A DNA stretch of 64,000 bases from Mobula hypostoma (taxonomy: Eukaryota), in the NCBI RefSeq assembly GCF_963921235.1, contig NC_086097.1, positions 233,370,001 through 233,434,000 of the forward strand, read 5' to 3'. The notes under the pieces are model-generated. The model was not told the origin of the DNA, did no database searches, and was given only the letters and a program-made list of their open reading frames with translations. The translations under genes were made by a program, and so were the position numbers. Below, in pieces: positions 13,997 to 24,659 of this stretch; position 1 is the stretch's first letter, and each line of letters opens with the position of its first letter.

Positions 13997-14214
13997 GACA
14001 CTATATTCTCACAACTTTAATACCTACAGATTCTTTCAGGCATGCAAGGATGTTGCAGTTTTAATCAGTTACTGACACTGTGTGTCACTGTTCATGTCCC
14101 TGAAATTACGCAGCCCATTAATGTAGACACAATTTAGTCACTGTTGCTGCAGATGTTCCTACAACAGATATACGGAATGCAAGAGAGGATTAACAAATAG
14201 TATAAATGAAATAT

Positions 14215-14850
14215 AATGGTGCTCCAGTGCAGTGTCCTCTACACTGGTGAGACCTGTCGTAAATTGGGGGACTGCTGTGTTGAACACCACCATTCTCTCC
14301 ACCAAAAGCGGAATTTCCCAATGGCCAAACATTTTCATTCCAATTCCCAGTCCAACATGATGGTCCATGGACTCCTCTTGTGCCCCAACGAGGCTACCCT
14401 CTGGGTGGAAGAGTTTCACCTTGTGTTGTGTCTGGGTAGCTTCCAACCCGATAGCATGAATATCCATTTCTCCTTTCAGTAAAACAATATTTTCCCTCCC
14501 CCTCCCACTTCCTCTATTTCTGGCCTTTTACAGCTTCTCACCAACCTATCACTTCCCACTGGGTCTCTCCTCCTTCCCTTTGTCCCATGTCTCTCCTCTC
14601 CTGTCAGATTCCTTCTTCTCCAGGCATTCCTTTCCATTACACCTGCATCATCTTTCACCTTCAATCTGTCCTCCCTCCCCTCCCCCACTATCTTATTCTG
14701 GTGTCTCCCCCCCTTCCTTTTCAGTCCTGAAGAAGTGACTTGGCCCAATGCGTCGGTCATTTATTTATTTCCACAGATGCTGCCTGGCATGCTGAGTTCC
14801 TCCAGCATTTTCTGAGTTTTGCCTTGGATTTCCAGCATCTGCAGACTTTA
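14215..14850 (+). mobile_element. Penelope-like element 3' fragment (GIY-YIG endonuclease remnant plus pseudo-LTR)
   Basis: C..LYTGET.RKLGD...EH...HF..EE.HL..CLGS.QP..MNI.FS; pyrimidine-rich tract, then CAGTCCTGAAGAAG...GATGCTGCCTGG...CCAGCATCTGCAGA. Confidence 0.85.
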
Positions 14851-15065
14851 AGTTTAGCAAATATTTAAAAAGTAAAAGTTAAGTGGTAATTGTGAGTATA
14901 ATGGCACTTCAAAACAAGGGATAAAGGAGACATAAAACTAATTTACAGTGTAAATCTTACTCTTTTCTGTATTATACCACATTAAAACATTGTAGATGCC
15001 TGGAAGTCCAGAACAAAAAACAGAACATGCTGGATGTACAGTAAACTCTCCTTTGTCTGGTATTT

Positions 15066-16236
15066 CTTATATATGGTGACAATGTTGCAGTCCCTCATGT
15101 CTTGTGGCACTGCTCCCTCTATCCAGCACTGGCACAGTAGCTCTTGCAGGTGGTTTAGCAGGATGGCCTTTGCGCACTTGATGGCCTCTGGTGGAATGCC
15201 ATCCAATCCTGGTGCCTTCCCAGTGGGCAGGCTGTCGAGGGCTTTACTCAGCTCTTCGGCAGTCGGCAATGCATCAAGTTCCTCCACGACAGGCAGGCAT
15301 TCCACGGCATCTAGCGTGCTGTCCGAGATGCTGTTTTCTCTGGAGAAGAGTTCAGAGTAATGCTCCACCCATCTCTCCATCTGCTTGCCTTTGTCATTGA
15401 TGGTCTCGCCTGTTATGGTTTTCAGTGGTGCTGTCTTGCTCTGGGTTGGACCGATGGCTTTCTTGATCCCCTCGTGCACTCCACGGATGTTGCCGGTGTC
15501 AAATGGTGACTGAATGCTTTCGCATAGTTGTAGCCAGTAGTCATTTGCACAGCGTCTGGCTGTTTCCTGAGCCTTGCTTCTTGCTGTCCTTAACGCTTGT
15601 AGTGTTGCCTGGGTGGGGTGGAGTTTGTGCTCTAGTAGTGCATCACGCTTCACCTTCGCAGCCTGAGACGCATTCTGGACATTAAGTGGACTGACCGAGT
15701 CACCAACAATGAGGTCCTGGCCCGTGCCCAGATATCCAGCCTCTTCACCCTGCTCCAACAACGTCGCCTCCGCTGGCTGGGCCACAGACACCACATGTCA
15801 GACGGGAGGATCCCGAAAGATCTGCTGTACGGGGAACTGGCCTCTGGCAAGAGAGCACAAGGGCAGCCCCATCTTCGTTTCAAAGACATTTGTAAGAGAG
15901 ACATGAAGTCACTGAACATGAACATCGAGAGGTGGGAGGACATCGCAAGTGATCGCTCTCGCTGGAGGCTGGAACTACGCAGAGGTCTAAAAAGAGAAGA
16001 AGAGAAGCTGAGGCTTGCTGCTGAAGAAAAGCGCACTCATCGGAAAAACAGCACCAAGACAACACTGGAGGACAGTGTCTTCAAGTGCAGTCGCTGCAGC
16101 CGAGACTGTCACTCCCATGTGGGCCTCTACAGCCACAACAGACGCTGCTCTACCAACACAGACTGAAGCAAGACCTTCCAGGCCCAGATCCATGGTCTCG
16201 TGAGACTAACGGGTGCCACCAGTAACCAGTAACCAA
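15066..16236 (+). mobile_element. RTE-clade LINE with 5' inversion (15066-~15650 antisense, ~15651-16236 sense) and 10-bp TSD
   Basis: Minus part: RCANDYWLQLC, RWVEHYSELF, GKAPGLDGIPPE, VPQDMRD.NIVTIYK. Plus part: RRLRWLGH, RIPKDLLYGEL, C..C.RDCHS..GL.SH.RRC, (CAGTAAC) tail. TSD TCTGGTATTT at 15056-15065 and 16237-16246. Confidence 0.9.
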
Positions 16237-16496
16237 TCTGGTATTTATGCATCTGGAGTTCTCATTTGCTAAGCGACAATTAATGATTGTTTTGCCTTTA
16301 TAAAAATATACTTAAACAGTGAATTTTAATTTGTGTCAAGCAAAATAAATGTATTGAGGCACTTTTAGTGTGTACATATTGAAGGATGTTTGTAGGCTGC
16401 TTAGCAGTGACATTCCCTTTGAAGTCTCGACACTTCCAGTTATGGATTTACATATGGCTAAGCATTAAAGCCATATGACTAAGTGGATAATATTAA

Positions 16497-16640
16497 AGAA
16501 TGGACAGGGAAAACGTTTGCGGTGACCCAGGCTCTGGCACACAACCGCGACAGATGGAACAGACTGGTGCAAAGCTTGTCATGACGGTGCCCCGATGACT
16601 CCACCAGGAGTTAAGGGCACAAGGCAAGTCAAGGCAAGCC
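16497..16640 (+). mobile_element. Very short RTE-like LINE 3' stub
   Basis: KEWTGKTFAVTQALAHNRDRWNRLVQSLS* followed by a (CAAG(G/T))n tail. Confidence 0.55.
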
Positions 16641-16789
16641 TTAAAATACAGAATTACAGTAAAACAATTATTTAAAAGCACATGGAGGTGACATGTCGTT
16701 CAACAATTTATGTAAAAGCTTATTCATCGAGTACTAGAATGTGATTACATTCTTATGACAATTATCATGCAACCAGAACATTTAACCAA

Positions 16790-16920
16790 CCTGATGAAGG
16801 GTCTTGGCCCGAAACATTTAATTACTCTTTTCCATTGATGCTGCCTGGCCTGCTGAGTGCCTCCAGCATTTTGTGTGTGTTGCTTGGATTTCCAGTGTCT
16901 GCAGATTTTCTCTTGTTTGT
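16790..16920 (+). mobile_element. Penelope-like pseudo-LTR with degenerate hammerhead core
   Basis: CTGATGA-AGGGTCTTGGCCC-GAAAC, then GATGCTGCCTGGCCTGCTGAG...TTTCCAGTGTCTGCAGA. Confidence 0.8.
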
Positions 16921-17225
16921 GATTTACCCAACCAGCAGCCCCGTTCCCATGGATGCTGAATGGCTGCATGCTCTGTACCTAGAACCAGAAAAGTTATAGA
17001 GTTAAAGAGCACTACTGACAGAAACAGACCCATCAATGCATCCACTTCATACTAAACTATTATTCTACCTAGTCCCATTGACCTGCATACACCTCCCATC
17101 CATGTACCGACCCAAACTTCTCCTCACTGTTGAAATCGAACCCACATTCACCACTTCCACTGGCAGCTCCTTCTACACTCTCGTCACCCTTTGAGTGAAA
17201 AAAATTTTCCCCTCATTTTCTCCTT

Positions 17226-19322
17226 AAACATAGAAACATAGAAACATAGAAAATAGGTGCAGGAGTAGGCCATTCGGCCCTTCGAGCCTGCACCGCCATT
17301 TATTATGATCACGGCTGATCATCCAACTCAGAACCCAGCCTTCCCTCCATACCCCCTGACCCCTGTAGCCACAAGGGCCATATCTAACTCCCTCTTAAAC
17401 ATAGCCAATGAACTGGCCTCAACAGTTTGCTGTGGCAGAGAATTCCACAGATTCACCACTCTCTGTGTGAAGAAGTTTTTCCTAATCTCGGTCCTAAAAG
17501 GCTTCCCCTCTATCCTCAAACTGTGACCCCTCGTTCTGGACCTCCCCAACATCGGGAACAATCTTCCCGCATCTACCCTGTCCAATCTCTTTAGGATCTT
17601 ATACGTTTCAATCAGATCCCCCCTCAATCTTCTAAATTCCAACGAGTACAGGCCCAGTTCATCCAGTCTTTCTTCATATGAAAGACCTGCCATCCCAGGA
17701 ATCAATCTGGTGAACCTTCTTTGTACTCCCTCTATGGCAAAGATGTCTTTCCTCAGATTAGGGGACCAAAACTGCACACAATACTCCAGGTGTGGTCTCA
17801 CCAAGGCCTTGTACAACTGCAGTAGTACCTCCCCGCTCCTGTACTCGAATCCTCTCGCTATAAATGCCAGCATACCGTTCGCCTTTTTCACCGCCTGCTG
17901 TACCTGCATGCCCACTTTCAATGACTGGTGTATAATGACACCCAGGTCTCGTTGCACCTCCCCTTTTCCTAATCGGCCACCATTCAGATAATAATCCGTT
18001 TTCCTATTTTTGCCACCAAAGTGGATAACTTCACATTTATCCACATTAAATTGCATCTGCCATGAGTTTGCCCACTCACCCAACCTATCCAAGTCACCCT
18101 GCATCCTCTTAGCATCCTCCTCACTGCTAACACTGCCACCCAGCTTCGTGTCATCCGCAAACTTGGAGTTGCTGCATTTAATTCCCTCATCCAAGTCATT
18201 AATATATATTGTAAACAACTGGGGTCCCAGCACTGAGCCTTGCGGTACCCCACTAGTCACTGCCTGCCATTCTGAAAAGGTCCTGTTTATTCCCACTCTT
18301 TGCTTCCTGTCAGCTAACCAATTCTCCACCCACACCAATACCTTACCCCCAATACCGTGTGCTTTAAGTTTGTACACTAATCTCCTGTGTGGGACCTTGT
18401 CAAAAGCCTTTTGAAAATCCAAATATACCACATCCACTGGTTCTCCCCTATCCACTCTACTAGTTACATCCTCAAAAAATTCTATGAGATTCGTCAGACA
18501 TGATTTTCCTTTCACAAATCCATGCTGACTTTGTCCGATCATTTCACCGCTTTCCAAATGTGCTGTTATCACATCCTTGATAACTGAGTCCAGCAGTTTC
18601 CCCACCACCGACGTTAGGCTAACCGGCCTATAATTACCCGGTTTCTCTCTCCCTCCTTTTTTAAAAAGTGGGGTTACATTAGCCACCCTCCAATCCTCAG
18701 GAACTAGTCCAGAATCTAACGAGTTTTGAAAAATTATCACTAATGCATCCACTATTTCTTGGGCTACTTCCTTAAGCACTCTAGGATGCAGACCATCTGG
18801 CCCTGGGGATTTATCTGCCTTCAATCCCTTCAATTTACCTAACACCACTTCCCTACTAACATGTATTTCATTCAGTTCATCCATCTCACTGGACCCTCTG
18901 TCCCTTACTATTTCTGGAAGATTATTTATGTCCTCCTTAGTAAAGACAGAACCAAAGTAATTATTCAATTGGTCTGCCATGTCCTTGCTCCCCATAATCA
19001 ATTCACCTGTTTCTGTCTGCAGGGGACCTACATTTGTCTTTATCAGTCTTTTCCTTTTTACATATCTATAAAAGCTTTTACAGTCCGTTTTTATGTTCTC
19101 TGCCAGTTTTCTCTCATAATCTTTTTTCCCCTTCCTAATTAAGCCCTTTGTCCTCCTCTGCTGAACTCTGAATTTCTCCCAGTCCTCAGGTGAGCCACTT
19201 TCTCTGGCTAATTTGTATGCTACTTCTTTGGAATTGATACTATCCCTAATTTCTCTTGTCAGCCACGGGTGCACTACCTTCCTTGATTTATTCTTTTGCC
19301 AAACTGGGATGAACAATTGTTG
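17226..19322 (-). mobile_element. Young CR1 LINE copy C, 5'-truncated, ORF2 open from the truncation point to the native stop
   Basis: 678-aa ORF 17328-19364 (first ~14 aa are not from this element) with all RT motifs and no APE domain; (CATAGAAA)n tail; inserted in an older CR1 3' fragment (TTAAACAT|TTCACC). Confidence 0.95.
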
Positions 19323-19511
19323 CTTCCTATAGTGGGGGAGTCTAGGACCAGAAGGTAGAGCCAATTAGACCAGATTCGAGTTAGACTTTCTTTAGACAGA
19401 GGGTCCTGAATCTGTGGAGTTTGTTGCTACATGCAGCTGTGAAGGCCAGGTCATTAGGTGTATTTAAGGTGGAGGTTTTTCCTCAGCTCTTGATTAGTAA
19501 GGGAGTGAAAG
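19321..19511 (+). repeat. 191-bp perfect inverted copy of 20521-20711
   Basis: Base-by-base reverse-complement match by eye. Confidence 0.9.
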
Positions 19512-20409
19512 ATTTCACCTTTCACCCTTAACCCATAATCCCGATAAATCAGGTCCTCAAAATCCTTGTAAACTTTCTCTGCACTCTTTCAATCTTATTG
19601 AACAGTCATCAACTTTAATTTCCATCAAGTATGCTCTGTAAGTTTGCTGCTTGAATGGCTAAGTGTTCCTGCATATTATATTTTTATTTAATATTTTGCA
19701 TGTCTTTTTATATACTTGGTGACAAAGTGTGAATGTTCGTCTTTTATCAAAGAATACAGGATGCTTTTCAGAGGTAATTATAGATACAGAATTAATCCTG
19801 AGAAGAAATTAGCCTATATCATGTGACCTTCATGACAGTCAAGGTCGCAGATATTCTTTGTATTTCTTTGTACATTCCATCCCCTATGAATGAATTCGGA
19901 CTCAAAGGACCAAATGGCCTAATCTGTTCCTATATCTTATGGTCTTAAATATGCATGTTGTACCATGTGATTGGAGAGTGACTGACAGTTCCCCTGGTAA
20001 AAAGGACAAACACAGAACACGTAAGTGGTTTAAATCACAAGATCTTGCCACTCACTGAGATAAATTACTGTCATTTTGTAGACATGGTTTAGCCACGCAA
20101 TTGGACATTGGAAAGCTGAGGTCCACTGACAACCATTTCAGTATAATCTTCATTTTGAATAGTGTTGATCCTATAAATAAAAAAAATCTATTGCAATGCT
20201 TCTTTATAATTACCGGGTAATTTATTTATTTAGAAATACGGTGCAGAACAGGCACTTCCTGCCCAACGAGCTGCACTGCCCCGCAACGCACCTATTTAAT
20301 CCATATGAGCATAATCACAGGACATTTTACAATGAATAATTAACCTAATAATCTGTATGTCATTGGACAGTGGAGGAAACTGGAGCACCCAGAGGAAACA
20401 CACATGCTA

Positions 20410-23400
20410 ATACCATAAGAGATAGGATTGGCCATTCAGCCCATTGAGTCTATTTCGCAATTTCATCATGGCTGATCCATTTTCCCTGTCAATCCCATTC
20501 TCCTGCCTTTTCCTGATAACCTTTCACTCCCTTACTAATCAAGAGCTGAGGAAAAACCTCCACCTTAAATACACCTAATGACCTGGCCTTCACAGCTGCA
20601 TGTAGCAACAAACTCCACAGATTCAGGACCCTCTGTCTAAAGAAAGTCTAACTCGAATCTGGTCTAATTGGCTCTACCTTCTGGTCCTAGACTCCCCCAC
20701 TATAGGAAGCATACTCTCCGCATTCACTCTAACTAGGCCTTTCAACATTCGATAAGTTTCAATGAAATCCCTCCTCATTCCTCTAAATTCCAGCGAGTAC
20801 AGGCACAGAGCCATCAAACTCTCCTCATATGATAAACCCTTCTTTCCTGGAATCATTCTCCGAATCTTCTCCAATGTCAGCACATCTCTTTGTAGATAAG
20901 GGCCCCAAAACTGCTCATAGTACTTCCTGTGAGACCTCACCAGTGCCTCATAAAGCCTCAGCATTGTTATCATGTGTTTAGTCCTCTCAAAATGAATGCT
21001 AACATTGCATTTACCTTCCTCACATTGACTCAACCTGCAAGTCAATCTTCAGGGGATCCTGCACGAGGACTAGCAAGTCCATTAGCACCTCTGATTTTTT
21101 GAACTTTCAGTCCACTTAGAAGATATTCTATGCTTTTGTTCCTTTTTCCAAAGCACAAAGCTATTAACTTCAAAACACTGTATTGCATCTGCTACCACTT
21201 TGCCCATTCTGTCTAGGACATTCTGCATCCTCCTTTCTTCGTTAACACTACCTGCCCCTCCACCTATCTTTGTATTGTCTGTAAATTTGGCCACAAAGCT
21301 ATCAATTCTTTCATCCAAGTCATTGACATATAACATAAAAAGAAGTGGTTCCAATTTTGACCCCTGCGGAACACCACTAGTTACGGGCAGCCGTCCAAAA
21401 AGGCTCAATTTATTCCCATTCTCATATCTTGCTTGTAATACCATGTGTGAACCTTGTTACAAGCCTTCTGAAAATCCAGGTAAAGAACATCCACTGATTC
21501 TCCTTTTTTCTATCCTGCTTGTTATTTCCTCAAAGAATTCCAGAAGATTTTTCAGGGAAAAATTTCCCTTATGAAAAACCATGCTGTCCAACGTGCCTAT
21601 AATTACTTTTCTTCTGTCTCCCTTCCCTTCTCCAAGAGTGGGGTGACATTTGTAATTTTCCAGTCCTCCAGAATGACACCAAAATCCAATCATTTTTGAA
21701 TGCCTCCACAATCTCTTCATCTACCTCTTTCAGAACCCTGGGGTGTACAGCATCTGGTCCATGTGACTGATTCACTTTCAGACCTTTCAGTTTCCCAAGC
21801 ACCTTCTCCCTGGTAATAACAATTACACTCATGTCTGCCCCTGACACTCGGAACTTCTGGCATACTGCTAGTGTCTTCCACAGTGAAGATGGATTGAAAA
21901 TATCTAAATAGTTCATCTGCCATTTGCTCATCCACCATTACTACCTCTCCAGTATAATTTTTCAGCAGTCCAATATCTACCCTTGCCTCTCTTTTGTTCT
22001 TTATATATCTGAAAAAGCTTTCAGTATCCTCTTTGATATTATTGGCTGGCTTACCTTCATATTTCATCTTTTCTCTCCTTATGCTGTGAACTCCCTCTCT
22101 GGAAGAGCAGGTCACTTTGACATCCCTGTCATTGAGCACAATGGGTTTGTACATACAACAGCAAAGGATAAGGCCAATGTCTTCTGTCGTGCTTTTGCAG
22201 ATAAATGTCGGCTCACAAATGCTAATGACCAGCCACCAAATGTCAAGCAGCTTACTACCACCTTGCTGAACAAAATTATCTTCAAACCTAAAGACATCAG
22301 GAAAATTATGCAACAGCTTCGGCCTGATAAAGCATCTGGCCCTGACCAGATTCCAACTAGGGTCTTAAAGGAATGCAGTGCAGAACTTGCAAGTCCTCTC
22401 TGCCGCCTCTTCCAGCTATGCTTCTCGAGTGGTGTATTGCCAGGACAATGGAAAATAGCATCAGTAACACCAGTACACAAGCGGGATTCCAGAGCTGATC
22501 CTACAAATCACTGCCCCATATCCTTACTCAGTGTCATCAGCAAGGTAATGGAAGCAGCAGTCCACAAACAAGTTCAGAACTACCTACTCCATAACAACTT
22601 AATTTCAAATAGCCAGTATGGATTTAGACCTGATCACAGTACAGACGATCTCCTCACCACCTTATCTCAAACGTGGAACACCTTCTTAGACAAAGGTGGA
22701 GAAGTGTGTGTCATAGCCCTGGATATCAAAGGAGCATTTGACAAGGTCTGGCATAATGGACTCTGCGTTAAGCTGAGGTCCAAAGGAATATCAGGAAAGC
22801 TGCTTAGATGGCTGCAGAGCTACCTTCATGGACAGACCATCAAAGTTGTTAGCTCTGGTCAGGTTTCTGTTTCTTCAACCATCAATGCATCTGTACCACA
22901 GGGTTCAATACTTGGGCCACTTCTGTTTTCTATCTTTATTGACAACTTTGTTGATGCATGCAGTAACGAGCTATACCTGGACGCTGACGACTCCACACTA
23001 TTTGCACCAATCAGAGCAGGAGGGAGTAATACAGTGACAGCAGGCCTGAATAGGGATCTTGACAGGATGAAAGCCTGGGCAGACGACTGGAATGTCACCT
23101 TTGAGCCTACTAAGTGCAAGGCGATGGTGATGTCTAGGAAGAGGAATCCATCTAACCCCGACCTGTATTTTGGGAACTGCAAACTGGATTTAAAGAAGGA
23201 GCTAGTAATCCTTGGTGTTAATATTGGCAGCAAGTTGGTGTTGGATACACACATTTCCACTATTTCAAACAAAACTGGACAAAGGCTTGGAGCTCTGCGG
23301 AAAGTAGCATCTAAACTAGACAAAGAGGGCAGAGCCATGGTTTACAAAGCCCGAGTACGAAGTACCATGGAGTAGGCCTGCTTATCATGGATGAATGCCT

Positions 23401-24655
23401 CACGGAGTGTCCTCAGCCAGCTTGATTCCATTCAAAGAAAGGCTCTCAGGATTATAGGTGTAGAAGAAGCCACAGCTTGTGAGAAGCTAGCCATCAGTAG
23501 TTTACACCACGACGACAGGTTGCTGCAGCTACTGTGCTATACAAAATGCACACCAGCCACAGCCCTGCAGACCTTCGCGCCATGCTGCCTTCATCTTATG
23601 AGAGACAGCGCACCACACGATCAAGTTTATCTATGTCTGCTCATGCTGTTTCTATGCCTGATGCGAGAACCTACACACCGGATAGGAGCTACCTTCACGG
23701 TGCTATCAGAATTTTGAACAGCCTTCCAGATGGTTGGAAACATCTGTGACGCTGGGGTCCAAGCCTTCAAGAGTCGAGTGCACAAACACCTATCATTGTG
23801 TTTCTTCACATGCTTCTTCATAAGCTCTCACGAAGGGGACCAGGATGGCAATGCTTGGTTGTTGGTAGGTAGGGTTAATAGCTGATTTTCAAGAGCACTT
23901 GTGAGTTATGTTCCAGCTGGACTTAGTCCTTAAACTGCTGGAGAACAGTGCGGAAAGAACAGGTGCTGTTTTCTCCTGATATTGATTAGTTTTTAGTTCC
24001 AAGTGCTCCTGCCACGTTTTGTCACCCTGCAACCTTATCCTTCAATCTCTTTGAATTATGGAGGACAGCATGTGTATAAATGTCTCTTTCCAGCAGACTT
24101 CATCATGATCATCATGACTCCAGTATTTCTACTATTTTTTAATGTTTCTTGATTGTACGTATGATTTTTTTGTGTTCTATCACTGAGCAACAGTGAGCCA
24201 TCTGATTGGCCTGTCAGAGTTCTCTTTGGGAACTAGTTGACTTGATCAGCATTTCTGATCTGGCCATTGTTCATGATTGCACTTAATTAAAAAAATGGCC
24301 TTTTAGTTGCCTGTTGGTTTTTAAAAGCTTCCCAATCCACTAACTTTGCACTAATTTTTGCTCTACCATCTCTTTTGCTTTTATGTTGCTTTTGACTTCC
24401 TTTGTCAGCCATGGTTGCATTATTCTACCTTTAGAGTCCTTCTTCTTTTGGGATGTGTCTATCCCGTATCTCCTAAATTGCTCCCAGAAACTCCAGCAAA
24501 CATTGTTCTGCCATCATCTCTGCGAGTGCCCCTTCCAATCAACTTTGGCCAGTTCCTCTCTCATGTCTCTGTATTTCCCTTTACTCCACTATAATACTGA
24601 TACATCTGACTTTAGCTTCTCCTTCTCAAACTGCAGGCTGAAGTCCATCATATTA
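20410..24655 (-). mobile_element. Old CR1 LINE (decayed ORF2), split by a nested LINE
   Basis: Fragment ORFs 20674-21045, 21082-21444 (VTSGVPQGS.L.PLLF..YVNDLD), 21569-21931; host sequence rejoins across 22083/24295. Confidence 0.85.
22084..24295 (+). mobile_element. Divergent CR1-like LINE (ALDIKGAFDKVWH type), 5'-truncated, long 3'UTR, short A tail
   Basis: DKASGPDQIP.RVLKEC, PISLLSVISKVME, QYGFRP, ALDIKGAFDKVWH, SVPQGSILGPLLF, L(D)ADD, YKARVRSTME; about 430 codons open. Confidence 0.9.
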
Positions 24656-24659
24656 GAGT

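Noticed and set aside
14982..15794. 270-aa minus-strand ORF as a novel protein
   Set aside because: Chimera across the RTE inversion junction and the left flank
16791..16820. Functional hammerhead ribozyme
   Set aside because: Core boxes are present but stem III, the GUC site and stem I are mutated (GAAACATTTA); the copies at 14727 and 57592 are likewise degenerate
17328..19364. 678-aa ORF as an autonomous or domesticated RT gene
   Set aside because: 5'-truncated CR1 lacking APE and promoter; its N-terminus comes from the captured 191-bp insert
21924..23375. 483-aa ORF with a hydrophobic N-terminus fused to RT
   Set aside because: The first ~53 aa are antisense old CR1, read through the insertion junction at 22083
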